64,000 bases of DNA from Escherichia coli (GTDB taxonomy: Bacteria > Pseudomonadota > Gammaproteobacteria > Enterobacterales > Enterobacteriaceae): NCBI RefSeq assembly GCF_003790525.1, contig NZ_CP033635.1. The stretch is one strand, 5' to 3'. Each line of letters opens with the position of its first letter. Positions within the stretch are counted from its first letter, which is position 1. Of the stretch, positions 45,925 through 56,472 are shown in pieces. The notes below the pieces were generated by a model. That model was given only the letters and a program-made list of their open reading frames with translations. It did not search any database and was not told the DNA's origin. A program made the translations under genes and the position numbers.

Positions 45925-47192
45925 CTTGCACCTCCTGGCAGCCGTTGACCGATTCGGGCCAGCACCTGCTGTTTAAGACCCTCATCACGCAGTGCTTCCG
46001 TCAGTTCAGCAGCAAAGGCGTAAATGATCATCTGCTGGGCATCCTGCTGATTGATCCCGCGCGAGCGCAGATAGAACATCTGTTCATCATCAATACGCCC
46101 CACCGTCGCGCCGTGGCTGCATTTCACATCATCTGCATAGATTTCCAGCTGCGGTTTCGTATCCACTTCCGCCAGTTTGCCCATCAGCAGATTATTGTTG
46201 GTCATCTGACCATCCGTTTTGATGGCGTGCTGCGCGACGTTGATCAAACCGTTAAATACCGCGCGGCCTTTGTCGCTGACGATAGTTTTATGCAACTGTC
46301 GACTGTTACAAAAACCTTTATTGTGTTCCAGCCAGGTACGGGTATCACACACCTCGTTTTTCACCGGCATCGCCAGGCTATTGATCCGCAGCGTGCTGTT
46401 TTCGCCATTGAGTTGCGTACTGGTGTTGTGTCGTAACACTGCGCCACCCAGCAGGAAACTGTGGCTAAATGCGGTGGCATCGTCAGCCAGCAACAAATCG
46501 TTATGGGCAAAGTGGTGACTGACCGGGTTTTCAAACGCCAGCTTGATATGCTGCAAGTGGGCGTTCGCTGCGACGTTGATAGTGAACCGTGCGCCGGTGA
46601 AGTGACGAGCATCATTAAGGCTGACAAAATGTTCGATCACCGTTGCTTCGGCACCTTCCGCCAGATCCAGATGATGTCGGTAATGGGCAGTATTCACCTC
46701 TTCACCTGCCACGCCCTGGGTGATATGCATTAACAGCAATGGCTTTGCCGGTCGTTGACCGCGCTTCACGGCGATATGCGTCACGCTTTGCGCCAGGCTT
46801 TCCGTCAAATGCAGAAACACTTCCGCCTGAATAGCGTCGGGTAACCCCTGACGGTCGTCGTTAATGCTCACTTCATACCCGCTGCCTTCAGTCGCATCGC
46901 TCAGTGCTGACACGTAACGTCCATCGACAAACACCAGCCGCACGGCGTCTAACGTTAACGCTAAGGCATCTCGCTGCTGTGGGGATATCTCTCCCGCAAT
47001 GCTGACAAACCGGCTATTGGTCAGCCCTTCCAGCGGCGTATATTTCCAGTTTTCATGTTTACGTGTCGGCAGTCCGGTACGCAGCAATTGTTGTAAATGC
47101 TGCTGTGCTTGCGGGGAGCGTTTCGCCACTTCAGCTTCAAACAAATGATGCCACTGTTGCAGTGCGTTACTGCTGTTCGGTAAGCCAGCCAT
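45921..47192 (-). CDS. sufD: Fe-S cluster assembly protein SufD
   Basis: 423 aa ORF; 4-bp overlap with sufS and 26-bp overlap with sufC. Confidence 0.95.
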
Positions 47193-47913
47193 AACCCTGC
47201 TCCTCCAGTTGTTTGACCAACGTGAAATCGCCGGATTTCACAATTCGTCCCTGATACAGCACATGGACGTAATCAGGCTTGATGTAGTCGAGAATGCGTT
47301 GGTAGTGCGTAACAATGATGAATGAACGCTTGCCGTCACGCAGCGAATTCACGCCATCGGCAACCACTTTTAATGCGTCAATATCCAGCCCAGAGTCCGA
47401 CTCATCAAGAATGCATAACTCCGGTTCCAGCACCGCCATTTGCAAAATATCGTTGCGCTTTTTCTCGCCGCCGGAAAAACCAACGTTTACCGAACGGGTT
47501 AATAAATCCTCCGGCATCTTCAGGAGAGCGATTTTCTCTTCCATCAAATCCTGAAAATCAAAGCGGTCGAGCGTTTCCTGGCCGCGATAGCTGCGCACCG
47601 CATTAAGTGCCGTTTGCAGGAAAAACTGGTTACTGACGCCGGGAATTTCCACCGGATACTGGAAGGCCATAAAGATGCCTTCACCTGCACGATCTTCCGG
47701 CGACAGCGCAAGCAAATCTTTGCCTTTGAACTCAACCGTGCCGCCCGTCACCTCATAATCTTCTCGCCCGGCAAGCGTTGCCGATAAGGTACTTTTGCCA
47801 GAACCGTTTGGCCCCATAATGGCGTGAACTTCGCCGGGACGAACGTCGAGGCTTAATCCACGCAGGATAGCTTTATCTTCCACGCTGACGTGTAAATCTT
47901 TAATACTTAACAT
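47167..47913 (-). CDS. sufC: Fe-S cluster assembly ATPase SufC
   Basis: 248 aa ORF with Walker A GPNGSGKST and ABC signature. Confidence 0.96.
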   Translation of the reverse strand: MLSIKDLHVSVEDKAILRGLSLDVRPGEVHAIMGPNGSGKSTLSATLAGREDYEVTGGTVEFKGKDLLALSPEDRAGEGIFMAFQYPVEIPGVSNQFFLQTALNAVRSYRGQETLDRFDFQDLMEEKIALLKMPEDLLTRSVNVGFSGGEKKRNDILQMAVLEPELCILDESDSGLDIDALKVVADGVNSLRDGKRSFIIVTHYQRILDYIKPDYVHVLYQGRIVKSGDFTLVKQLEEQGYGWLTEQQ

Positions 47914-47922
47914 GTTTATTCC

Positions 47923-49410
47923 TTATCCGACGCTGTGTTCAAGACTGATGGCGAGGAGTTTTTGTGCTTCAACGGCAAATTCCAGCGGCAGTTCTGAGAA
48001 CACGTCTTTGCAGAAACCGTTAACAATCATCGAGATGGCGTCTTCTTCGCTGATCCCGCGTTGCAGGCAGTAAAACAGTTGATCTTCACCAATACGTGAT
48101 GTCGTTGCCTCGTGCTCCAGTTGTGCGCTGTTATTGCGACATTCGACATACGGGAAGGTATGCGCCCCACAATTAGCGCCAATCAGCATTGAGTCGCACT
48201 GAGTGAAATTGCGCGCATTGGTTGCCGTCGGCATGATTTTCACTAAGCCGCGATAACTGTTCTGACTATGTCCGGCAGAGACCCCTTTCGAGATAATGGT
48301 CGATTTGGTGTTTTTACCGATGTGGATCATCTTGGTGCCGGTATCCGCTTGCTGATGACCGCTGGTCAGTGCCACTGAGTAAAACTCACCAATGGAGTTA
48401 TCGCCGCGCAAAATGCAACTGGGATATTTCCACGTAATCGCTGACCCGGTTTCTGATTGCGTCCATGACATTTTGCTGTTTTCGCCTTCGCACAAAGCAC
48501 GCTTGGTGACGAAGTTGAGAATACCGCCGGTGTTGTTATCGCCAGGGAACCAGTTTTGTACCGTGGAATATTTCACCTCGGCGTTTTTATGGATGATGAC
48601 TTCAACCACCGCCGCGTGTAACTGATAGCTGTCACGCACCGGAGCGGAACAGCCTTCAATGTAGCTGACATAGCTGTCTTCGTCGGCCACCAGAATGGTG
48701 CGCTCAAACTGCCCTGTTTTTTCCGCGTTAATGCGAAAATAGGTGGAAAGTTCCATCGGGCAGCGCACGCCTTTAGGCACATAAATAAACGTTCCGTCAG
48801 AGGCTACCGCCGCATTAAGTGCGGCAAAGAAGTTGTCATTCCCCGGCACCACGGTGCCGAGATATTTACGCACAAGTTCCGGGTGATCGTGGATCGCCTC
48901 GCCAAAGGAACAGAAAATAATTCCCTGCTCCGCCAGTTTTTCACGATAAGTGGTGGCAACCGAAACAGAGTCGAAAATGGCATCCACCGCCACCTCTTTG
49001 CCTTCCCGCACGGGAACGCCCAACTGCTCAAACGCCGCCTCCACCTCTTTACTTAAAAAGGCGTTCGCACCAGTTTGCTGCACCGCGCCGGGTTCAGACG
49101 CGCAGTTGTCGTCACAATTACCGCACGATGGTGCTGAGTAGTAGCTGTAATCCTGATAATTCAGCTTGTCGTAGTGCGCTTTCAACCAGTGCGGTTCTTC
49201 CATCTCCAGCCATGCGCGATAGGCGTTGAGACGAAACTCCAGCATCCACTCCGGCTCATTACGCTTCGCCGAAATTGCGCGCACCACCTCTTCGTTTATC
49301 CCCTTTGCCAGCTCATCGGTGGCTAACTGGGTGAAGAATCCTTCTTTATAATTCAGCGGGCCGCCGGTCCAGGTTTTGACATCGTCAGTTGCTTCAGTAT
49401 TACGAGACAT
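47923..49410 (-). CDS. sufB: Fe-S cluster scaffold SufB
   Basis: ORF 47923..49449; start placed at ATG 49410 ([26 protein letters not shown]...), 495 aa. Confidence 0.95.
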   Translation of the reverse strand: MSRNTEATDDVKTWTGGPLNYKEGFFTQLATDELAKGINEEVVRAISAKRNEPEWMLEFRLNAYRAWLEMEEPHWLKAHYDKLNYQDYSYYSAPSCGNCDDNCASEPGAVQQTGANAFLSKEVEAAFEQLGVPVREGKEVAVDAIFDSVSVATTYREKLAEQGIIFCSFGEAIHDHPELVRKYLGTVVPGNDNFFAALNAAVASDGTFIYVPKGVRCPMELSTYFRINAEKTGQFERTILVADEDSYVSYIEGCSAPVRDSYQLHAAVVEVIIHKNAEVKYSTVQNWFPGDNNTGGILNFVTKRALCEGENSKMSWTQSETGSAITWKYPSCILRGDNSIGEFYSVALTSGHQQADTGTKMIHIGKNTKSTIISKGVSAGHSQNSYRGLVKIMPTATNARNFTQCDSMLIGANCGAHTFPYVECRNNSAQLEHEATTSRIGEDQLFYCLQRGISEEDAISMIVNGFCKDVFSELPLEFAVEAQKLLAISLEHSVG

Positions 49411-49418
49411 AGTACCGC

Positions 49419-49787
49419 CTATACCCCAAAGCTTTCGCCACAGCCACATTCATTCTGGGCTTTAGGGTTGTGAAATTTGAATATCTGATTAAGTCCTTCA
49501 CGAACGAAATCGACTTCCGTGCCATCAATAAACGGCATCGCTTGCAGCGGGACAAACAGCTTCGCACCGTCGTGTTCAAACAGCAGATCGTCTTTGTCCG
49601 GCTCGCTAACACTGTCGAGCACATAGCCAAAGCCCGCGCAGCCCGTTTGCTTCACGCCTAAGCGCACGCCGACCATACCCGGCTGCTTTGCCACCAGCTC
49701 GCGGATGTGGACAGCGGCTGCGGGTGTCAGCGTTAAGCCCTGCCAGGCGAAATCCTGTGGATTAAAGGTTCCTGAATGCATGTCCAT
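49419..49787 (-). CDS. sufA: A-type Fe-S carrier SufA
   Basis: 122 aa [37 protein letters not shown]..., C-terminal CGCGESF. Confidence 0.95.
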   Translation of the reverse strand: MDMHSGTFNPQDFAWQGLTLTPAAAVHIRELVAKQPGMVGVRLGVKQTGCAGFGYVLDSVSEPDKDDLLFEHDGAKLFVPLQAMPFIDGTEVDFVREGLNQIFKFHNPKAQNECGCGESFGV

Positions 49788-49831
49788 CGATTTACCTCAC
49801 TTCATCGCTTTCAGCGTATAACAGCATGTTA

Positions 49832-49848
49832 GTGATAATGATTATCAG
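49832..49848. promoter_or_regulatory. Fur box (GTGATAATGATTATCAG) in the sufA promoter
   Basis: strong match to Fur consensus GATAATGATAATCATTATC, 45-60 bp upstream of sufA start. Confidence 0.65.
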
Positions 49849-50079
49849 TTCAACCCAGCAAACGCAGGGGCTTTACCGTAAAACATGCTTTTTTCCTGCT
49901 TTTAATAAGCATAGACCCTGATGTGTGGGTTAACAGGCACGCTAAGAATTAGGTATCTCATTGTTAGATAATGATTATTATCTAAGGAGCATTAAGGCTG
50001 TGATGAAAAAGAAAAAGTTGTATTGAAAATGACTATTTAAGAGATAGGTAAAAAAGTGCAGCGTTCAGAAATAAGAAAA

Positions 50080-50110
50080 CCCTTAAGTCTGTGCGACACA
50101 GGCTTAAGGG
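50080..50110 (-). terminator. long hairpin with minus-strand U-tract; possible 3-prime end of sRNA RydB or other minus-strand transcript
   Basis: cccttaag(tctgtg-cga-cacagg)cttaaggg; on the minus strand the stem is followed by TTTTCTTATTTCT. Confidence 0.45.
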
Positions 50111-50335
50111 TTTCTACCCCATCCGGCGCTTATCTCCGGCACTCTCAGTGGCTTAGCTCTTGAAGGGGCGATAAGAATAATCTCATAAAGCTAACCCGCC
50201 GTTTTAACACAAACTGCGATTAGTATTATTTTTGAACAATATCAGGCGGGTAGATAAGCAGTATTAAGAAGGCCATCGAACCTGGACGGAGATTAATCCA
50301 GGTCGATATGGCGAACTTGCGGCATTAAGTCAGGA

Positions 50336-50524
50336 TCAATGCACGCCCAGACGCCAGGCAAAGTAGATTTCTTCTTTTAATTCAGCAGAAGAGAGAGTAA
50401 GCAGGTCAGCAAATTCAAGTTCTAGTTGTTTCAGACGTTTGAGATATTGGGCAGGTGAAAGATTGCTCTGGTCACGGCGTAAAAATTCAATGGCCAGCTG
50501 GGTGGGATCAAGTTGAGTAGACAT
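50336..50524 (-). CDS. ydiH: uncharacterised 62-aa protein
   Basis: ORF 50336..50605; start placed at ATG 50524 with GAGGA RBS (MSTQLDPTQLAIEFLRRDQSNLSPAQYLKRLKQLELEF...), 62 aa. Confidence 0.8.
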   Translation of the reverse strand: MSTQLDPTQLAIEFLRRDQSNLSPAQYLKRLKQLELEFADLLTLSSAELKEEIYFAWRLGVH

Positions 50525-50623
50525 AGCATCCTCGCTTTTAGACAAGACCTGCACAGTATACCACCGTTTACTGTGCAGATAATGACCAAAAGCAATATGC
50601 GTCACACTTTTCTGGTGACAACG

Positions 50624-51034
50624 TCACAAAATGGCGGTCGTCAATCGTGACGAACAGCACAAACGCCCTTTCTCATCGAAGATTTCAATCTGCCAGACCT
50701 GGTGACGCGAACCGAGATGCAACGGTTTGCATACGCCGCGCACCCGCCCTTCTCGTGCCGAGCGGACGTGGTTAGCATTGATTTCCAGACCAACCACCTT
50801 TTGCTCACCTTCGGTACATAAATAACCGGCAACGGAACCGATACTTTCGGCCAGCACCACAGACGCGCCTCCATGCAGCAACCCGAAAGGCTGCTTTGTC
50901 CGGGAGTCTACTGGCATTGTCGCTTCAAGGGTGTCATCACCAATATGTTCAAAGCGAATATCCAGCAACCCCACCATGTTTCCTTCACCCATAGCATTCA
51001 ATGCTTCCAGGGTGATTTTTCGTTTCCATATCAT
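50624..51034 (-). CDS. menI: hotdog-fold thioesterase (1,4-dihydroxy-2-naphthoyl-CoA hydrolase)
   Basis: 136 aa ORF MIWKRKITLEALNAMGEGNMVGLLDIRFEHIGDD...; start overlaps ydiJ stop (ATGA). Confidence 0.9.
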   Translation of the reverse strand: MIWKRKITLEALNAMGEGNMVGLLDIRFEHIGDDTLEATMPVDSRTKQPFGLLHGGASVVLAESIGSVAGYLCTEGEQKVVGLEINANHVRSAREGRVRGVCKPLHLGSRHQVWQIEIFDEKGRLCCSSRLTTAIL

Positions 51035-54000
51035 TTAATAATCTCCAGTAAAGCCTGCACAGGATGGCGTACCCCCGTGCCTTCGACCCGTTTTACCTGG
51101 CTACGGCAGGAATATCCGGTCGCCAGACAGCGATTACGCGGCAGTCGCTGCATCGCCTGATGCCAGGATAACTCATAGATCCCGAGCGAATTTTTATGGT
51201 TTTTCGCTTCATGTCCGTAAGTCCCTGCCATGCCGCAGCAACCCACGCTGACATTTTCCAGTTTCGCGCCAAAACGGGCAAATATCGCGGCCCATTGTGC
51301 TGGCGCGCCCGGCAAAGCGGTAACTTCGGTACAGTGACCAAAGAAATACCATGATTCACCGCTGACTGTAGCCACTGGCTGTGAGTCAAGTGCGCTTGCC
51401 AGCCATTCATTCGCCAGTAAGACGTTAAACTCGCCACGTTCATCGCCCAGCGCCAGTTTATATTCATCGCGATAACAAAGTACCAGCGCCGGATCGACGC
51501 CCACCATTGGCATCCCCAGCTTCGCCATACGGTTGAGGAAATCCGCCGTCTTTTTCGCCGTCTTCGCAAAACGATTAAGAAAGCCTTTGATATGCTGGGC
51601 TTTGCCATTTGGCGAAAATGGCAGTAACACAGGCTGGAAACCTAATTTTTCAACCAGACGGACAAAATCCGCCACCACTTGCGCATCGTAATAGCTGGTA
51701 AAGGGGTCCTGCACCACCAACACCGTGCGCGCTTTCTGCTCTGTATTGAGAGCTTCAAGCTGTTCCAGCGTCATATTCGCCGAGCGATGCCCCACCATTT
51801 GTTGTTGTAGCGAGGGGACTGACAGCAGTGGCAAATCAACCATGCCGATATGTTTTTCCGAGAGTTTGCGCACCAGCGGCTGGTTAATGAAGAAGTTAAA
51901 GGTTTTCGGCGCGCGTGCCATCAGCGGTGCGTAGCTCTCGACCGTAGCAACGAGGTGGTCACGAAGCGGGCGTAAATAACGGGTGTGATAGAGCTGCAGA
52001 AAACGAGAACGAAACTCCGGCACATCAATTTTGATGGGGCACTGGGTCGAACACGCTTTACAGGCCAGACAGCCCGACATAGCCTCTTTGACTTCGTGTG
52101 AGAAGTCGTATTCGCCTTTATTCGCATGCCAGCTATTGCGCGTGCGGGCAATTAACGTCCGTAAACTGACGCCGGATTCAGGCAGTTCTTGTTCCAGTTT
52201 GAGTGGGTCAACGCCGCGATCCGCCAACAAGCGCAGCCATTCACGCACCAGCGTTGCGCGCCCTTTCGGTGAATGAATCCGGTTCTGGGTGATCTTCATC
52301 GACGGACACATCGGACTACGGGCATCAAAGTTGAAGCATAAACCGTTGCCGTTACACTCCATCGCACCGCGCCACTGCTGGCGTACCGCAATGGGGATCT
52401 GCCGATCAAATGTACCGCGCTTCACCGCGTCCACTTTCATCATCGGCGCATCGAGACCTTCTGGCGGGCAAATCTTCCCTGGGTTGAGTCGGTTATGCGG
52501 GTCAAATGCCGCTTTCACTTTGCGCAGTTCTGCAAAAAGTTCCTCACCGAAAAACGCCGGGCTGTATTCAGCGCGAAAACCTTTGCCGTGCTCGCCCCAC
52601 AACAAACCACCGTATTTCGCAGTCAGCGCCACCACGTCATCAGAGATTTGCTTCATCAAAATCTCTTGTTGTGGATCGCACATATCCAGTGCCGGACGGA
52701 CGTGCAAGACACCTGCGTCGACGTGACCGAACATACCGTAGCTTAAGCCGTGGCTGTCGAGCAGCGCGCGAAATTCAGCAATATAATCGGCCAGATGTTC
52801 CGGCGGTACGCAGGTATCCTCAGCAAACGGAATTGGCTTAGCGGCACCTTTGGCATTGCCAAGCAGACCAACGGCTTTTTTGCGCATCGCATAGATACGT
52901 TCAACGCCCGCCAGTTCGCGGCACACCTGCCAGCCAATCACACCTGCCTGTTGGCTGGCAATCAGCTCATCAAGCCGCACACAGAGTGCATTAACTCGCT
53001 CGTCAATCAGCGCCTCATCATCACCAGCAAATTCCACAATGTTCAGCCCGAGCATTTCTTTGTCAGGTACATCGGTAATCAACTCGCTGACGGAATGCCA
53101 GACAATATCTTCCCGCGCCAGATTCAGCACTTTTGAGTCCACCGTCTCTACCGAAAGCGCCCGCGCCTCAACCATAAACGGCGCGTTACGCAGCGCGGAG
53201 TCAAAAGAGTCATATTTGACGTTCACCAGACGCCGCACTTTAGGCAAGCGCGTAATATCCAGCCGCGCTTCGGTAATAAAGGCCAGCGTCCCTTCTGAAC
53301 CCGTCAGAATGCGCGTCAGATCGAACTCGGTCATCTCATCGTTAAAGACATGACGCAGATCGTAACCGGTAAGAAAGCGGTTAAGTTTGGGGAAGTTGTT
53401 GATGATTAACTGGCGTTGCTGACGGCAACGTTGATAAACCGTGTTATAAATTCGCCCGATTGTGGTATTGGATTTACCCAGCGTTTCCGCCAGTTCGACG
53501 GGTAAAGGTTGCGTATCGAGAATATCGCCCCCCAACAACACCGCGCGTACGCCAAGTACGTGATCTGACGTTTTGCCATAGACCAGCGATCCCTGACCGG
53601 ATGCATCGGTATTGATCATCCCGCCGAGCGTTGCCCGGTTGCTGGTCGAAAGCTCCGGCGCAAAAAAGTAGCCGAACGGTTTCAGGTACTGATTGAGTTG
53701 GTCTTTTATCACCCCGGCCTCAACGCGCACCCAGCCCTCTGCAGGGTTAATTTCGATGATGCGGTTCATATGGCGGGACATATCAACAATAATCCCCTGG
53801 TTGAGCGCCTGACCGTTAGTGCCGGTGCCGCCGCCGCGGGGGGTAAAGATCAACGATGAATAGCGTTCCTGCGCGGCAAGACGGGCGATCAGCGCTACAT
53901 CTGCGGTTGAACGCGGAAATACCACCGCATCGGGGAGAAGTTGGTAAATACTGTTGTCGGTCGACATTGTCAGACGATCGGCATAACTTGTCGCCGTATC

Positions 54001-54087
54001 GCCAGTAAAACCCTGTTGCTCCAGCTCTTGCAAAAAATTAAGCACCAATTGAACGACGCCAGGTGCCTGGGAAATCTGTGGAATCAT
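51031..54087 (-). CDS. ydiJ: large FAD-linked oxidase / Fe-S fusion protein (putative D-2-hydroxyglutarate dehydrogenase)
   Basis: ORF 51031..54159; start placed at ATG 54087 (MIPQISQAPGVVQLVLNFLQELEQQGF...), 1018 aa. Confidence 0.9.
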   Translation of the reverse strand: MIPQISQAPGVVQLVLNFLQELEQQGFTGDTATSYADRLTMSTDNSIYQLLPDAVVFPRSTADVALIARLAAQERYSSLIFTPRGGGTGTNGQALNQGIIVDMSRHMNRIIEINPAEGWVRVEAGVIKDQLNQYLKPFGYFFAPELSTSNRATLGGMINTDASGQGSLVYGKTSDHVLGVRAVLLGGDILDTQPLPVELAETLGKSNTTIGRIYNTVYQRCRQQRQLIINNFPKLNRFLTGYDLRHVFNDEMTEFDLTRILTGSEGTLAFITEARLDITRLPKVRRLVNVKYDSFDSALRNAPFMVEARALSVETVDSKVLNLAREDIVWHSVSELITDVPDKEMLGLNIVEFAGDDEALIDERVNALCVRLDELIASQQAGVIGWQVCRELAGVERIYAMRKKAVGLLGNAKGAAKPIPFAEDTCVPPEHLADYIAEFRALLDSHGLSYGMFGHVDAGVLHVRPALDMCDPQQEILMKQISDDVVALTAKYGGLLWGEHGKGFRAEYSPAFFGEELFAELRKVKAAFDPHNRLNPGKICPPEGLDAPMMKVDAVKRGTFDRQIPIAVRQQWRGAMECNGNGLCFNFDARSPMCPSMKITQNRIHSPKGRATLVREWLRLLADRGVDPLKLEQELPESGVSLRTLIARTRNSWHANKGEYDFSHEVKEAMSGCLACKACSTQCPIKIDVPEFRSRFLQLYHTRYLRPLRDHLVATVESYAPLMARAPKTFNFFINQPLVRKLSEKHIGMVDLPLLSVPSLQQQMVGHRSANMTLEQLEALNTEQKARTVLVVQDPFTSYYDAQVVADFVRLVEKLGFQPVLLPFSPNGKAQHIKGFLNRFAKTAKKTADFLNRMAKLGMPMVGVDPALVLCYRDEYKLALGDERGEFNVLLANEWLASALDSQPVATVSGESWYFFGHCTEVTALPGAPAQWAAIFARFGAKLENVSVGCCGMAGTYGHEAKNHKNSLGIYELSWHQAMQRLPRNRCLATGYSCRSQVKRVEGTGVRHPVQALLEIIK

Positions 54088-54475
54088 TATATTGACCCTT
54101 TCCTGCGGTCTGTGATGTAGGTCGATACACTGTTCTTTCAGGCTGCTGCAATAGCGCACTGAAAGGTGATGTTTGTTTACTCTATGGATTTCGTGTTGCA
54201 GGAAGGCGGCAAGCGAGTGAACTCCAGGAGCTTACAATAGTAAGTGACTGGGGTGAACGAACGTAGCCGCAGCACATGCAATTTGAAATACGACGAGTAA
54301 ATCGTTTGCGTGTTGCCTGAGTTGTTGTACCACATTTTTTTCTAACACGCCCATCAGAATTAAGGGCAGAATCGGCCTGTTAAAAACCGCTGAAATTGCT
54401 CATCATTATGCAGGTGAGTTTCGCGTGTTCACGTCGCGTCGACGATTTGACGCACAAAAAAGGTGAAAAGTAGTT

Positions 54476-55588
54476 ATGGTAAATGTTCGTCAGCCCAGGG
54501 ATGTCGCACAAATTCTGCTTTCGGTGCTCTTTTTAGCCATCATGATTGTGGCATGTCTGTGGATTGTACAACCCTTTATTCTCGGCTTTGCATGGGCTGG
54601 TACGGTGGTTATCGCCACCTGGCCGGTATTGTTACGTTTGCAAAAGTTCATGTTTGGTCGCCGCTCTCTCGCCGTTCTGGTGATGACGCTGTTATTAGTG
54701 ATGGTGTTTATCATCCCTATTGCCTTGCTGGTTAACAGTATCGTCGACGGCAGCGGCCCGCTAATTAAAGCCATTTCCAGCGGTGACATGACGTTACCCG
54801 ATCTGGCGTGGCTTAATACCATTCCGGTGATTGGCGCGAAGCTATATGCAGGCTGGCACAACTTGCTGGATATGGGGGGGACGGCGATCATGGCAAAAGT
54901 CCGTCCTTATATTGGCACCACCACCACCTGGTTCGTTGGGCAGGCGGCGCATATCGGGCGCTTTATGGTGCATTGTGCGCTGATGCTTCTCTTCAGCGCC
55001 CTGCTGTACTGGCGCGGTGAACAGGTGGCACAAGGCATTCGCCATTTTGCAACCCGTCTGGCAGGCGTTCGTGGAGATGCCGCCGTGCTGCTGGCGGCAC
55101 AGGCTATCCGCGCGGTGGCGCTGGGTGTTGTGGTGACAGCGTTAGTACAGGCAGTGCTTGGCGGTATCGGCCTCGCCGTATCCGGCGTACCTTATGCAAC
55201 TTTGCTCACGGTGTTAATGATCCTCTCCTGCCTTGTCCAGCTTGGACCGTTGCCGGTACTGATTCCGGCGATTATCTGGCTCTACTGGACTGGCGATACC
55301 ACCTGGGGAACGGTATTGTTAGTGTGGAGCGGTGTGGTTGGCACGCTGGATAACGTCATCCGCCCAATGTTAATTCGCATGGGTGCCGATTTACCGCTGA
55401 TCCTGATTCTCTCTGGCGTTATTGGTGGTTTGATTGCTTTCGGGATGATCGGCCTGTTTATTGGTCCGGTTCTGTTAGCCGTTTCCTGGCGTCTTTTTGC
55501 CGCGTGGGTGGAAGAAGTCCCACCGCCGACGGACCAACCGGAAGAAATTCTCGAAGAACTTGGCGAAATCGAGAAATCGAATAAGTAA
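54476..55588 (+). CDS. ydiK: AI-2E (PerM/YdiK) family membrane transporter
   Basis: 370 aa polytopic membrane ORF MVNVRQPRDVAQILLSVLFLAIMIVACLWIV... Confidence 0.9.
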   Translation: MVNVRQPRDVAQILLSVLFLAIMIVACLWIVQPFILGFAWAGTVVIATWPVLLRLQKFMFGRRSLAVLVMTLLLVMVFIIPIALLVNSIVDGSGPLIKAISSGDMTLPDLAWLNTIPVIGAKLYAGWHNLLDMGGTAIMAKVRPYIGTTTTWFVGQAAHIGRFMVHCALMLLFSALLYWRGEQVAQGIRHFATRLAGVRGDAAVLLAAQAIRAVALGVVVTALVQAVLGGIGLAVSGVPYATLLTVLMILSCLVQLGPLPVLIPAIIWLYWTGDTTWGTVLLVWSGVVGTLDNVIRPMLIRMGADLPLILILSGVIGGLIAFGMIGLFIGPVLLAVSWRLFAAWVEEVPPPTDQPEEILEELGEIEKSNK

Positions 55589-55594
55589 TTTCTC

Positions 55595-55617
55595 ATCAGG
55601 CGGCTCTGCCGCCTGAT
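55595..55617 (+). terminator. hairpin after ydiK
   Basis: stem atcaggcgg / ccgcctgat with 5-nt loop, 7 nt after ydiK stop; weak T-tract. Confidence 0.45.
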
Positions 55618-55774
55618 TGTTAACCCCTGCTAATTGATATTTGCTTGCTCTTCCCCATATTTTCCTGCTTACCGCCATTCAGCTGGTAGTACCTGTCGCA
55701 AATTCTTTACAGTTTTTAAACTAATGAGACGAATCTGATCGACGCAAAAAGTCCGTATGCCTACTATTAGCTCA

Positions 55775-55880
55775 CGGTTATAAATCAACATATTGATTTA
55801 TAAGCATGGAAATCCCCTGAGTGAAACAACGAATTGCTGTGTGTAGTCTTTGCCCATCTCCCACGATGGGCTTTTTTTTA
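55775..55880 (+). ncRNA. rprA: RprA small regulatory RNA
   Basis: ACGGTTATAAATCAACATATTGATTTATAAGCATGGAAATCCCCTGAGTGAAACAACGAATTGCTGTGTGTAGTCTTTGCCCATCTCCCACGATGGGC + T8 matches the RprA sequence I recall. Confidence 0.9.
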
Positions 55881-56016
55881 ACATTTTTCCGCTTCGCCAC
55901 CTCGCCCCTCACGCTTTCCAATAATGTTGCACAAGATACTGTGACTCTCTTCAAGCCGTCAGCAGGCTGATAATGTTATTTATATTTTATTGTTTATTTC
56001 ATGCAGCCATTACACG

Positions 56017-56373
56017 ATGAACGCTTATGAACTCCAGGCACTTCGCCATATTTTTGCCATGACTATTGATGAATGCGCGACCTGGATTGCCCAGACCGGT
56101 GACAGTGAAAGCTGGCGTCAGTGGGAAAATGGCAAATGCGCCATTCCTGATTGTGTAGTCGAGCAACTGTTGGCTATGCGTCAGCAACGAAAAAAACATC
56201 TTCATGCCATCATAGAGAAAATAAATAACCGCATCGGCAACAACACCATGCGTTTTTTCCCCGACTTAACCGCGTTTCAACAAGTCTACCCTGATGGCAA
56301 TTTTATTGACTGGAAGATCTATCAATCGGTAGCCGCTGAATTATATGCACACGATCTGGAGCGGCTTTGTTAA
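56017..56373 (+). CDS. ydiL: uncharacterised DUF1870 protein
   Basis: ORF 55990..56373; start placed at ATG 56017 (MNAYELQALRHIFAMTIDECATWIAQTGDS...), 118 aa. Confidence 0.85.
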   Translation: MNAYELQALRHIFAMTIDECATWIAQTGDSESWRQWENGKCAIPDCVVEQLLAMRQQRKKHLHAIIEKINNRIGNNTMRFFPDLTAFQQVYPDGNFIDWKIYQSVAAELYAHDLERLC

Positions 56374-56472
56374 TTTCCCCACAGAAAGGAATTGTCGTTG
56401 TTACAACAATAATGAACGGATACTGACACAACATCGCTACACTTTTTAAAGCACCTTTGCTAAGTAGAACCT

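Noticed and set aside
54160-54475. GC-rich, possibly structured segment in the ydiJ/ydiK divergent region (about 54200..54300)
   Set aside because: I could not find a stable extended hairpin, a terminator, or similarity to any RNA family I know; most likely ordinary divergent promoter DNA.
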